Assembly (NCBI RefSeq): GCF_035594765.1
Contig: NW_026943831.1
Span: 1,043,075 to 1,107,074, forward strand
Reading direction: 5' to 3'
Length of the DNA: 64,000 nt
Origin: Anolis carolinensis
Taxonomy: Eukaryota
Position numbers and translations under genes: made by a program. A model generated the notes under the pieces. The model made no database searches. It saw nothing but the letters and a program-made list of their open reading frames with translations, and was not told where the DNA came from. Position 1 is the first letter of the stretch; every line of letters begins with the position of its first letter. This document shows, piece after piece, positions 23,440 through 35,810 of the stretch.

Positions 23440-25125
23440 TGTTGTCGCTGCCACCACCTTTGAAAGATGCTTTGCTCAAATAATAAGCAACATTTGAAGA
23501 AACAGTAACTTGTTTATTTATAGTACAAAGCTTGATGGTTGCAAGAATGTTATAACTTAAGTTGAACGATGTTACTTCTGTACAGTAAGTGTTGCAAGAC
23601 TTTTCAATCGTTTCACTGAGCTTAGTATGGTATTAGCTTTATAAGACTTGTTTCTTTCAGTTAGGAATACTGTCCTTCTTGAACTTAATTGATCTGTACC
23701 CGATCAAACTTGGACTGGGGAGTTTAACTGGTTAACCCTAGTCCTTCTATGACTTAGGGATGTAACCTCAGCTCTTTAGTTATTCCTACTAAAGGCTCAG
23801 CAACTTTAATTTTAGCCCTTCTCCGCTAAAACTCTCTAGCTGCTCAACTTCCTCCCACAATCTCTTTATTTTGATCACACTCCTTTCCCACTGAATAGAA
23901 CCAACTGCTCTGCTCAACCGACAAACTCCAACTGCCGAATTCCAACTGCTAAATTTTGAATTCCAAGGCTTCCACCAGCAAGGTGAAGCCACGCCCCTTT
24001 TCCTGGCCATGCCTTAGAGGCTCCCAGCTTCTGTATAAGAATAGCTGAAATATATAACCTTAAACAGTCAACCTAAACATAGCAATCATGAATAAAACAC
24101 AATGATCATGACATCTTTACAATCTGCCTATATGTATTTGTACTCTTTGGGATCCCCGGAAAATATGTATTTTTCCCAGCATGGTTTATATTCCAACTTT
24201 ATTTTATTTTTCATTTTATTTCATATAATTGTCAAGTCATGAAATCAAATAGGAAATATTTTGAACTCAACATGAACCCCAGAACCTATCCCATTTCCTA
24301 TGACCCAGGCTTCCTTTCCCAAAAACAAAAGGATAATCTGCCACCGCTAAATCCAATCAAATTCAGATTGCATGGACAATATAGGGCTTGAGTCGCCGAA
24401 TTCGGAGTGTTGACCTAAAGGTGATTCGCCCCAAAGCAAACATTGTCATATCTCACCCAAAGGAAAATCCAGGACACCTCAGGAAGGCGCCCTGCAGAGC
24501 CTGTCAATATGGCTCATCACCACCCATCTTTGCTTCCACCTCTGACACCCCAAGGCATATCTAAAAATCTGTATACGTGACAAAAACCCGGACACCCTTG
24601 ATTGCTGCCATTAATAAATTAAGCACCCTTTAGAAATCGGTCTAGCAGGACTTAATCCGCTAGTTCCTGTCCCGTCACCTCATTGTTTCGATAACTCCCG
24701 CCTTCTCTCTCCTGATTGGCCCGAGTAGAGACATAAGGCAGCTTCCTATTGGGCCAATGAAACGAGGCGGGAAGCGAAAGCCCGCCTCGTTCAACCTTCT
24801 AGCCTATCAACGATCAGATAGGCGGGGGAGCAGGGCGGGAAATTCAAAGGGCTGTCAGACTGAAATTTTGTATAAGTATGGCTTTATTTTGATTGTATGG
24901 TACCCTAGTAGACCGAATGATCGCTACTAGAGTCCTCTTCAGCTGAATTGCTCAATAAAGACTCCTTGGCGGATTTTCCTTCAACTTTGGCGGACCTTCT
25001 TCATTTCGGCTTCAGGTTGTATTGCGGCTCATATTTTCCTATTGGCTCCGCCAAGGTCCGTTCTCTCAGGACCGGATCGGGTCTCTCCTCAAGGGCCCCG
25101 ATCCCCTAAAACGCGGTCGACAACA
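23440..25125 (+). mobile_element. Long LTR-like element, probably with a nested LTR-like piece at ~23461-24121
   Basis: TGTTGTCG...CGACAACA termini, near-TSD TTTCTA/CTTCTA, CCAAT and GC boxes ~24715-24840, TATAA ~24871, AATAAA 24954. Confidence 0.5.
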
Positions 25126-25182
25126 CTTCTAGAGTATTTACTTTGGGGTTTGAGGTATAATTATAAGGTAAACCGAAGCCGC

Positions 25183-26028
25183 TGTGATGTCTCATGGGCC
25201 TTGTAGTCCCGTTCCTAGTACTATTGTGGCAGATGAGGAGGAAAACATGGGATTTTCGCCGGTTCAGCCAGAATCGGAGCCCCTGCACCTGCAGGATGTT
25301 TGTCCTCAAGAAGTCAGCCAAACAAGCCTTGGGCAGAATTCTCCCCCGTTTTCTCGTAGGGACAATTATAATCGAGATAGAGGAACTAGGGAGGCGAATC
25401 GCCGGAGCGCCAGGATCGCAGCCAAACAATTAGCTGATTAGGTCTGCTTCCCTTGGGAAATTCTAAGGAGTCATGCATCTGGACACAGTTTGGGTTTCAT
25501 TTCTTGTTCTCCAAGGAAAGTGTTCCTTGGCGGGAAAACAAGATCCTATATAGGTGTTTTGCCCGCAAGGGGAACCTTGCGGAGTCAATTCGTCAGCTCG
25601 AGGAGTGAGATTGTGTGTGGACTCCAGTTCCTTGTTTCCCGGATCAAGTTCAAGTCTGCTTTGTTTCGCGTTTGCCACGGACCTTGTTTTTGCTCTTGTT
25701 GCCTTGTTTCAAGTCTTGTTCTAGCCAAGTATCAAGTTTGCTTTTCCAGCCTAGTTGCCAAGTTTCAAAGGACTAAAGGACCTTGTCTTCTCCCCACACT
25801 TTGCTTGGCAAAGTGTGTGTTTCGGTTATTGGATTATAACTTTGGACTCTAATATCACATATTGGACATTATTTTCCTGGACTATATTTGACCTTTCCTG
25901 AAAGGTCTACTACTGAACTATAGTCTTCACCTGTTTTTATTGACTTTATATATTCCTTTAATAAAGATATTAGATAGAATCTGGCCTCTGCGCATGGTTA
26001 TTGATGTTCTGTAGCCTGGGTCCTGACA
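25183..26028 (+). mobile_element. Solo LTR (family A)
   Basis: TG...CA ends, TSD GCCGC, homologous to 2758-3610. Confidence 0.9.
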
Positions 26029-26859
26029 GCCGCTTGGGTAGCCAGACCTGGAGATAGCCATTTTCCCCCAGCGTGCCTTCACACAGACATATATATATAT
26101 ATTCACATATTGCTCTATATATGTGGTTCCGTGTTACTTGTCGTTTCTTGTTTCTTTTCCCTTTTTATTTTTTTTTGTCTATTTGTTGTTCTTTGTTTTT
26201 TTTTTCTATTGACTAGTTCACTGTGGGGAGCACAAGGTTTATGTTATGTTATTGTTTTTTCTATATTATTTTTCTATATTCTATATCTGCAATTTCTATA
26301 TTTTTATTTTATTCGTGTATCACTTTCTTGGAAAAAACACTAATAAAAAGTAAGTTTAAAAAACAGTAGTATTTACTTACACTCTGATCACTTACAGAAG
26401 TCCACAGTCATAAACAGTCCTTTCTCAGTCCACAAATCTGCTTCAGAGGAGAATACAGTCCTGGTTCTTCTCCCTCGTTTTCCAGCAGCAAACAGGCCTC
26501 AAAACAGCAAGGCCTCTCTGAGTACAATGCTCTCTTCACCAGCAGTACTCAGGCAGCACTGAAAACTTGTCCAAACTGGTTCTGCAGCAGCAGAAGAGAA
26601 ACAGTGTCAAATTAATCTCCAGATCTTTGCAGGATCAGCCAATCAGTTTCATGCACTTCAGCGCAGTGCCTTTGCAAACCATCTCGATGTTGAGGAGGAA
26701 GGAAGGCTTGTGTCCTGCTGCTCCAGAGATTGGGACGCAATGGAGCCCACAAAGAGAGAAAAAATAAGACTAATCTTTAAAAAAAAGAATGTGTGCCCAA
26801 AGAACTTTCCACGGAGATAAGATTTGAAAGAGACATGAGTAAGAAACGGGAAAGAGGGG

Positions 26860-27226
26860 AAATCCCCAAGGAGGAATTCAAACAAATGACCAGCACATCG
26901 AGGAGAAAAGGTCCAAGAGGCTAAAGCGGGAAAAGAGCCCGGGCTGGCCAAGAGGCTACAGGCAGTGACAAGGGGGTCTTTGCTTATGTCAGTAGGAAAA
27001 GGAAGAGCAAGGAAATGTGGGGCCTCTGGAATCCTAGAGGAGTCGGAAGAGACCCCGTGGGCCACCCAGTCCAACCCCATTCTGCCAAGAAGTAAAATCG
27101 TCCTCAAAGCACCCCTGACAGATGGCCATCCAGCCTCTGCTTAACAGCCTCCAAGAAGGAGCCTCCACCACAGTCCAGAGCAGAGAGTTCCACTGGTGAA
27201 CAGCTCTTCTCACAGCTAGGAAGTTC
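26860..27226. mobile_element. CR1 LINE fragments (plus-strand ORF2 piece, minus-strand 3' end)
   Basis: Similar to CR1 at 44454-46922. Confidence 0.65.
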
Positions 27227-27386
27227 TGTCGCACCTCAGGTTAGCTCCACCTTGCTACAGACACCAGACTGTAAACCAAAAGTAGTCTTTTGTAGTTTAT
27301 TAGGAAATAGAGAAAAGACTGCCCATAAAAGGCAAATGTTCAGTTCCAAAAGATAGTTGCAAAAACAAGGCTGTAAGAACAAATCC

Positions 27387-27722
27387 GGAGCCCCGGTGGC
27401 AAAGTGTGTTAAAGCGCTGAGCTGCTGAACTTGCAGACCGAAAGGTCCCAGGTTCAAATCCTGGGAGCGGAGTGAGCGACTGCTGTTAGCTCCAGCTTCT
27501 GCCAACCTAGCAGTTCGAAAACATGCCAATGTGAGTAGATCAATAGGTACCGCTCCAGTGGGAAGGTAACGGCGCTCCATGCCGTCATGCCAGTGGCCAC
27601 ATGACCTTGGAGGTGTCTACGGACAACGCCGGCTCTTGGGCTTAGAAATTGAGATGAGCACCAACCCCCAGAGTCAGACACGACTGGACTTAATGTCAGG
27701 GGAAAACCTTTTTCTTTTACCT
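27387..27722 (+). mobile_element. Sauria SINE, full length
   Basis: tRNA head, Sauria core, Bov-B-like tail ending ACCTTT-like, TSD AAATCC. Confidence 0.92.
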
Positions 27723-28240
27723 AAATCCATGGAAACATGAGGCATGAAACAAGGTCCTTAAAACGAAGCCAAAGTCCCAGAAACGAGGATACACCCAGGC
27801 TACAAGATAATACAGGAAACCAGACTTGGTTCTTGATTCAAGCAAAGAAATTGCTTTGATGAAGATTTCTCTCTGAGCAGACTGTTTTAATAGCATACCA
27901 TGAAGGCATTTCTTTGCCCTTTGACCTCCCTCTTATTTGCTATTCTGAGACTTCTGTGCAACCCCCTAAATTCCAAACAACCAGCCCGATCTAGAGAAGC
28001 GGCCTCATTGCTTTCGCTTTCAAGGCCACAGGGCTCGTTAGTGTTATGAGGCTGAGGCTGGGAACTGCTCTCCCTTTCTGCTTCTTGCACCTGAAAACCA
28101 TCATCAGAAACAACCTCATTTCTTCCCGTGGGAAAAACTCCCTGCTCTTCATCTCCCACAGTAGCAGGGACACTCTGCACCTGAATCCCATAATTCCCAT
28201 CAGAGTCATCTTGAAACTCATCCTGAACCTGAATCCCATC

Positions 28241-28702
28241 ACAGGCACGGCTGGTGGGGACATCCCACATCATCATCCCACATCACATCACCCATCATCA
28301 CACACATCCCCATCACAGGTGGGGACGAGGGACAGGGCCTTCCTTCTCGGTGGTGGCTCCCCGGCTGTGGAACGCCCTCCCCAGAGAAATACGGCAAGCC
28401 CCAACCCTTCTGAGGTTTAGAAAAGCCCTGAAAACATGGCTATGTGCCCAGGTTTTTGAAGATTAAATGATAATGACGACCCGGACTGATTTACGGCTAC
28501 AGCACGAGGATTTTGGAGGAATGGATTTTAATCCTATGTTTTTATATTTTTTATATTGTTTTAATTGTTTTATTGGATTTTTATTGCTGTTTTAATTATG
28601 TATAGGCATCGAATTGTTGCCAATTTTGTACGCTGCCCTGAGTCCCTTCGGGTGACAAGGGCGGGATATAAATGTTGGAAATAAATAAAATAAATAAATA
28701 AA
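28241..28702 (+). mobile_element. L2 3' fragment nested in the LTR
   Basis: FSVVAPRLWNALPREIRQAPTLLRFRKALKTWL plus L2 tail. Confidence 0.85.
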
Positions 28703-29009
28703 TCATTATGCACTTGCATCCCAGAATCCTCATCAGAGTCACACAAAGGCTGAGTCACAACAGACCCAATCCAAGGTGCAAGTGATCACCTACAAAGCCC
28801 TGAGCGGTTTGGGACCCTCCTCCTACCTTAGTGATCGCCTTTCTCTTCGCTCGTCCGGGGCATTCATACGGGGCACTTTACCCAGTCCGTTTTTATAACC
28901 TTTCTGTGTTTTAATCATGTTTATTATGTTTGCTATTTTTCCTGTGTATGTTAATGTTTAGATTTTATAATTGTGCTTGTCTTTTTATTTGATGTGTTTT
29001 ATATTGTTA

Positions 29010-29463
29010 CTAGCTCTGCCCGGCCACGCGTTGCTGTGGCAAAGTGGTGGTGGTATTGGTTAAAATTGGTGTGTAATTTTTATTTGACTTTATTTGCATT
29101 TTTTATTAATTTTATTGTAAGTTATATTTTTATTTATTATATTTTATTATTTTCTTGTATTATTTTTAGTTATTTTCTGTTATTATAGTATTTTATTGTA
29201 TCAATTTTTTTAGTGTTTTTTATTATTTTTTATTGGGTTGCTAGGAGACCAAGTTGGAGGAGCTTAGCCTTCTAACTGGCAGCAATTGGATAAAAGCAAT
29301 TACTCCTCTCTCTCTAATTAGGACTTTATTTTTCTTTTCTTTTTGTTGTATCAACCTAGAGGCGTGGATGATGGGTTGTGTTGTCAAATTTTGAGGTTGG
29401 GGGGCCTGTAGTTTTGTTGTTTTGTGGGTCGCCGTGATGCCATCACTCTTTTATATATATAGA
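29010..29463 (-). mobile_element. Non-autonomous Helitron
   Basis: TC...CTAG termini and the conserved subterminal motif on the minus strand. Confidence 0.8.
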
Positions 29464-29493
29464 TTGTTTTTATCTGGGCTCGATGACCCATGT

Positions 29494-29814
29494 TAGCCTT
29501 CCCGAGTCCCTTCGGGGAGATGGAGACGGGATATAAAAATAAAGTTATTATTATTATTGTTATTGTTATTATAATTATTAAGCTGCCCCGAGTCCCTTCA
29601 GGGAGATGGAGATGGGATATACAAATAAAGTATTATTATTAATTATTATTAATTATTATTATGTATTATTATTATTATGCCGCCCTGAGTCCTTTCGGGG
29701 AGATGGAGGTGGGATATAAAAATAAAGTATTATTATTAATTCTTATTATTATGTATTATTATTATTAAGCTGCTCCAAGTCCCTTCGGGGAGATGGAGGC
29801 GGCATGTAAAAATA

Positions 29815-29868
<54 letters not shown>

Positions 29869-29917
29869 GTTGCCCCAAGTCCCTTCAGGGAGATGGAGGC
29901 AGGATATAAAAATAAAG

Positions 29918-29959
<42 letters not shown>

Positions 29960-30005
29960 GCTGCCCCGAGTCCCTTCAGGGAGATGGAGGCAGGATATAA
30001 AAATA

Positions 30006-30047
<42 letters not shown>

Positions 30048-30096
30048 GCTGCCCCGAGTCCCTTCAGGGAGATGGAGGCAGGATATAAAAATAAAG

Positions 30097-30129
<33 letters not shown>

Positions 30130-30178
30130 GCTGCCCCGAGTCCCTTCAGGGAGATGGAGGCAGGATATAAAAATAAAG

Positions 30179-30226
<48 letters not shown>

Positions 30227-30243
30227 ACTGCCCCGAGTCCCTC
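29494..30243 (+). repeat. Tandem array of about nine L2-tail units separated by (TTA)n
   Basis: Unit GCTGCCCCGAGTCCCTTCAGGGAGATGGAGGCAGGATATAAAAATAAAG. Confidence 0.88.
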
Positions 30244-30353
30244 CTCAGTGGTGGTGGCAGCCGGATAGAAATAAAGTTGTTACTGTTGTGGTTGTTGCTG
30301 TTGTTGTGTTCTGCCCTGTCTCCCCTACATTAGACCAACATCTAAAAACAAGG

Positions 30354-30612
30354 TTTTTTTGTGTCAGGAGTGACTTGAGAAACTGCAATTCACTTCTGGT
30401 GTGAGAAAATTGGCCGTCTGCAAGGACGTTGCCCAGATGTTTTGGATGTTTTACCTTCCTTGTGAGAGGGAGGCTTCCCTCGTGATCCCACACGGGGAGC
30501 TGGAGCTGACAGAGGGAGCTCACCCGCGCTCTCCCTCCCCGGGTTGCATTCGAACCCCCAACCTTCAGGTCAGCAGTCCTGCCGGCACAAGGCTTTAACC
30601 CCCTGCGGCACC
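30354..30612 (-). mobile_element. tRNA-derived SINE with Vingi-like GACAC(A)n tail
   Basis: Minus-strand B box GGTTCGAATGC; 3' end CTGACACAAAAAAA. Confidence 0.6.
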
Positions 30613-30769
30613 AAGTCATAACCACACTGTCTCAAGATTGATGAGGAACCTGACCTCACAATCCAATTAACATAAAAGCACAAGTAATCCACCCCAAAGA
30701 TCATTTAAAATATCTGAAATGAATCACGTGGAATCACCAGGAATGTCAACAAGGCTGACTAACTCATTC

Positions 30770-31089
30770 CAGCCAATAGGAAGGAGGGATTTCCAAGCAA
30801 GGCCCCGCCCCTAGCCACGCCCCTTTCCTCTTCTCCACCACCCTGGATAGTCCTCGCCCTCCCATTGGCTGTGTCTCTGAAGCCCCGCCCATTGCGGTCC
30901 TCCATTGGCTGGCCTCCCACAGCTTGAGAGCGGGAAGGAGGGGGCGGAGCTACAATTGGCCCCGCCCCTCTTCCGTCTGAGAAGCCGCTTCTTCTCTGGA
31001 TTGACAGGGCGACGACGTCACCGCAGGCCCCGCCCACATTTTTGGGAAGGATGCGAAAGAAGGAAGGAAGCAAGGCCTCGTGAGAGGAG
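30770..31089 (+). promoter_or_regulatory. CpG-island promoter and non-coding first exon of zinc-finger gene 1
   Basis: Four CCAAT/ATTGG boxes, several GC boxes, CRE-like GACGTCA ~31014, donor GAG|GTGAGG at 31090. Confidence 0.7.
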
Positions 31090-31152
31090 GTGAGGCGCCG
31101 GCCTGGCCTAGCCCTTATTGGCCGCTCAGTCGTGTTTGAATCTCCTCAGGAA

Positions 31153-31360
31153 AGGCCCCGGCCTACTTGGGCCTTCCCTCACTCCCTTCAGGGGTTTTGG
31201 ACTCCAACTCCCAGCATGCCTCGCGGCCTCAGGCCCCTTCCTTTTCCCCCTCAGCCGCTTAAGCGGCTGAGGGGGAAAAGGAAAGGGCCTGAGGCCGCGA
31301 GGCATGCTGGGAGTTGGAGTCCAAAACGCCTGGAGGGAAGGCCCAAGTAGGCCCAGGCCT
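31153..31360. mobile_element. Palindromic hAT-like MITE
   Basis: Near-perfect inverted repeat centred on CCGCTTAAGCGG. Confidence 0.75.
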
Positions 31361-31849
31361 GATTTCAATGGAACTTTAGGCCTTTGTATATAAACATCGT
31401 ACTTTCCAGATTCTCCCACCTAAATAATAATAATCTTACTTTGTTTTTAACCCGCCCTATCTCACCGGGGAAGGGAAACTCTGGGGGGCTTCCAGAAAAA
31501 GAGGGGGAAAATACCGAATTTCTCAAAAGCTAATCTCACTTCTCGCTGGAGGGAGTTCCAGAGCCATTCAGCATTGGAACTCTCTGCCTCAGTGTGTGGT
31601 GGAGGCTTTTGAGATTGGACTGTATGGCCCACGAATCCTAGAGTCGGAAGAGGCCTGGTGGGCCCTGCAGTCCGACCCCATTCTGCCAAGAAGCGGGAAA
31701 ATCGCATCCAAAGATGGCCACCCAGCCTCGGCTTCAAAGCCTCCAAAGACACTGATGCGGAGAGTTCCACTGCTGAACAGCTCTCTCGCTCACACACACA
31801 TGCACAGATGAACGTTTACATTTTTATTTATATGATTATAATAATAATA

Positions 31850-32860
31850 CAGTAGAGTCTCACTTATCCAAGCTAAACGGGCGGCAGAAGCTTGGATAAG
31901 CGAATATCTTGGATAATAAGGAGGGATTAAGGAAAAGCCTATTAAACATCAAACACAACGATGTTGTATGACACAGCAAACAAGATAGATATGCTGGATT
32001 TCGTATCACAAAACCACAAGTCGAACACTTCCCAAGTGTCTAGGACTGTGTGATGTATTTTCGGATGATGCGTGCAGATCCCAGTAAGGTGGCCTTTTGC
32101 AGTTGGCAGATCGTAATTTTGTCAATGTCTATTGTTTCCAAATGCCGGCTAAGATCTTTTGGCACGGCACCCAGTGTGCCCATCACCACCAGGACCATGG
32201 GTCCCTGAGGGGAGATGGAAATGGGATAGAAAAATAAAGTTGTTGTTATTATAATTATTAAATAGAAACATTCCAACTGTCATTCAGGAGTCAGGGGAAA
32301 GGGATTCCTGTAGCCTATTCGTAAACTAACTAAGTGTTCCTCACTGAGGACTGCAGACTTGGACAGTGTGGGGTTGAATTCCAACACTTTCCACTACAAG
32401 GCAATCACACTCATGGACGGAAAGCTGAAGCAACTCAATGTTAACTTCCTGTTGACCTAGCAGCCCCGAAAGACAGTTGCATCTGTCAAGTAGGGAAAAT
32501 TTAGGGACGCTTTATGCGGGAGGCTAATTTAACTAATCTACAACACCATAAAACTGCTCACGAGGAAAAGAATGAGGAAGAACAGCCACCAATGGACGGT
32601 GAAGCAACAGCTCCCCCTGTGGCCGGAATCGTGAAGCTGGAAAGATGTTAAAATGCCTCTGTGTCTGTCTAAAACTGAATGTTGTTTGTCTGTTGGCATT
32701 GAATGTTTGCCATATATGTGTTCATTGTAATCCGCCCTGAGTCCCCTTCGGGGTGAGAAGGGCGGAATATAAATACTGTAAATAAATAAATAAATACAAA
32801 AATGGCTTGAATAATCCAGAAACTTGGATAAGCGAGGCTTGGATAAGTGAGATTCTATTG
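31850..32860. mobile_element. Tc1/mariner MITE arms enclosing a duplicated segment (31969-32451) and a SINE2 fragment (32452-32797)
   Basis: Left TIR at 31850, right TIR ending ~32860. Confidence 0.7.
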
Positions 32861-34568
32861 TAATAATTTTATTTTTGTGTGCTGTCTCCATCTCCCCAAC
32901 GGGGACTTGGAGCGGCTCACATATCATACTATCATATAATATCATAAAATCAATAGTTAAGACATCAAAGAATGCATTTAAAAACAAATTAAAAAGTCAT
33001 GATTTAAAATAGACATAATTAAAATATTAAACAATCATCCAAGGCGTTAAAAGGTCCAATATAGGACAACAATCTGGGCGACAGTTTAAACGAACAGTCT
33101 TTCCCTTTCTTTTATAAAAAGGGATAAATAAAAGACATCGTGCCAGTTAAAATCTCCCCCCCCCCCTTTTAAATCCCTCTTGGCTTTCTTCTGTCAGTTA
33201 GCAGGAATAGACCATAAATGAACTTCCTCCCTTTTACAGAGAAAAAGTATAACTCACCAAGTCAGTATTGCTGAAAAATATAAACCTTTCTTAGGCTGTT
33301 AAAGAGCTTTTCCTTTTTCTGGATTGCTCTTTAACATCCTAAGAAAGGTTTATCTTTATAACCATACTATTGCAATTTAGTTCAAATGGCCCCTCCATTC
33401 TACCTCCCTCCACCAAACTGGTGGTCCATTTTATTTATTTTATTGTTACTCATTTTATGCTTTAAATGAGTTTGTACGGCTTAATGTATTGTTCTGCATA
33501 ATGTCGTTTTTACTGTGTTTTTATTCTCTGTAATATGTTTAATCGTTTATTTATTTATTTATTATTCAAACTTATATGCCGCCACTCCCCTAGGGCTCGT
33601 CATACTTTGGTTATTGTTTTCGGGTCTTTGTCCGGTGTTAGCCGCCCTGAGTCCCAGCCGAGAGATAGTGGTGGGATAGAAAAATAATCTTTCTTTCTTA
33701 CTTACTTATTTTAAGGTTTATGTTTAAGAAGTGGAGCTTTTTCTTAAATCTCCTGTTCTTACAAGGAAGGCTTGCTTTCGGTGACTGAGCTTGATTGATT
33801 GATGAAGCCAGGTCCACCTTACCCCGGTTCGCAGGAAACCGCCCTCCAAGGCCCTGCCTTGATTGAGCTGTACCTGCATTTGCATCCCATCAAGGGGCTC
33901 AACGAAGGGAATGCATGACCCAAATGGGGCTTAGATCAGCAGAGACTCATTTGTGAACATCCCAATATGCAGAAATGTGGCTTTGAATTAGACAGGTGGG
34001 GAGGTAGATTTTTTGGTTGCATGGAGGATTCCTTTGGAAAAGCAGGAAATTTCGTAGCAAAAGAGGGCTCATTTGGGAGGCCTGGGAGCCTTTGTGGCCT
34101 GGGAAGCGACCCAGAAATCCATGAAATGATCAGTAAAAAAGCCCTGTGCCTCTCAACATTTAGTACATGCTGATCCACACCCTTTAATACGAATTTGTGA
34201 TCACCCTTGCTGGTTTCTGTTATGTCAGTTCACACCTCTATGTCTTGGTATTTCCATTTTCAACATGACCCGTGAAGGGAAAAGGGGATAATATTGGAAA
34301 TATATGAGGTGTTGGGATTGAGGTTTAATCTTTTGTTTTTTCTTTCTTGACCAGGGAAGTAATGATACTCTGGACCCACTTCTGGCATGATGAGAAGGAA
34401 ACCAGCATCTATTGCGTATTGAGGAATTTGGAAGCCAAAAGTGTAGTAAGGAAAGGAGTTTTATAAGATGAGGAAGTCCTCAAGTGCTGATTTGGTTCAA
34501 CTCGCTCACAAATCAAAAAGAAAAAAAGGAGACTTATATTGCAGTTGATCATACATATCATTGTTGAC

Positions 34569-35810
34569 ATGGAGGAGAAACCCTATGAGTGTCTGGAGTG
34601 CGGAAAGAGCTTCACTCACTGTGGAAATCTATATAAACATCATAGAATTCACACTGGGGAGAAACCCTATACATGTCTGGAGTGTGGAAAGAGCTTCACT
34701 CAGAGTTCAAATCTACGTTCACATCAAAGGACTCACACTAAAGAGAAACCCTATAAATGTCTGGAGTGTGGAATGAGCTTCACTCGCAGTGGTAGTCTAC
34801 GTTCACATCAAAAAAACCACACTGGGGAGAAACCCTATACATGTCTGGCGTGTGGAAAGAGCTTCAGTGGGAGTGGAAAGTTACATAGGCATCATAGAAT
34901 TCATACTCAGGAGAAACCCTATAACTGCCTGGAGTGTGGAAAGAAATTCAGCGAGAGTGCACATCTACATCTACATTATAGAACCCACACTGGGGAGAAA
35001 CCCTTTTCATGCCCTGAGTGTGGAAAGAGCTTCAGTGACCGTGGAAGTCTACATAGACATCATAGAATCCACACTGCGGAGAAACCTTATATGTGCCAGG
35101 AGTGTGGAAAGAGTTTCAGTGGGAGTGGAAATCTACATAGACATCATAGAATTCACACTGGGGAGAAACCCTATACATGCCTGGAGTGTGGAAAGAGCTT
35201 CACTCACCGTGGAAATCTGCATCTACATTACAGAACCCACACTGGGGAGAAACCCTTTTCATGCCTTGAGTGTGGAAAGGGCTTCAGTGACCATGGAGGT
35301 CTACATAGACATCATAGAACCCATACTGGGGAAAAACCCTATACATGCCTGGAATGTGGAATGAGTTTCACTCACAGTGGAGGTCTACACAGACATCATA
35401 GAACCCACACTGGGGAGAAACCCTTTTCATGCCTGGAGTGTGGGAAGAGCTTTGCTGACAGTGGGAATCTATATCAACATCATAGAATCCACACTGGGGA
35501 GAAACCCTATAAATGCCTGGAGTGTGGAATGAACTTCACTAACAATGGAAGCCTACGTAAACATCATAGGTCCCACAGTGGAGAGAAATCCTATAAATGT
35601 CTGGAGTGTGGAAAGAGCTTCACTCACTATGGAAATCTATATCAACATCAAAGAATTCATACTGGGGAGAAACCCTATAAATGCCTGGAGTGTGGAAAGA
35701 GCTTCACTGTGAGTGGAAGTCTACAGAGACATCATAGGATTCACACTGGAGGAAAAGGTGGTATTGACTCCAGAGAAACCCTCCAAGATACAAAAAGGAA
35801 ATTCACATAA
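34569..35810 (+). CDS. C2H2 zinc-finger protein, 14 tandem fingers, no KRAB found (413 aa)
   Basis: CxxC-x12-HxxxH repeats with TGEKP linkers; gacATGg start; acceptor TTGACCAG at 34354. Confidence 0.9.
   Translation: MEEKPYECLECGKSFTHCGNLYKHHRIHTGEKPYTCLECGKSFTQSSNLRSHQRTHTKEKPYKCLECGMSFTRSGSLRSHQKNHTGEKPYTCLACGKSFSGSGKLHRHHRIHTQEKPYNCLECGKKFSESAHLHLHYRTHTGEKPFSCPECGKSFSDRGSLHRHHRIHTAEKPYMCQECGKSFSGSGNLHRHHRIHTGEKPYTCLECGKSFTHRGNLHLHYRTHTGEKPFSCLECGKGFSDHGGLHRHHRTHTGEKPYTCLECGMSFTHSGGLHRHHRTHTGEKPFSCLECGKSFADSGNLYQHHRIHTGEKPYKCLECGMNFTNNGSLRKHHRSHSGEKSYKCLECGKSFTHYGNLYQHQRIHTGEKPYKCLECGKSFTVSGSLQRHHRIHTGGKGGIDSRETLQDTKRKFT

Larger units (their letters stand above)
27227..28762 (-). mobile_element. 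Solo LTR (family B) interrupted by a Sauria SINE and an L2 fragment
   Basis: Minus strand starts TGTTGTGACTCAGCC and ends CTGAGGTGCGACA, like 40630-41369; no TSD found. Confidence 0.8.

Noticed and set aside
27387-27470. tRNA-like A/B box sequences (also ~21790, 30550, 47520)
   Set aside because: They are SINE heads, not tRNA genes.
34789-35364. Alternative-frame ORFs over the zinc-finger exons (also 53605-54141)
   Set aside because: Shadow frames of the 84-bp finger repeat.
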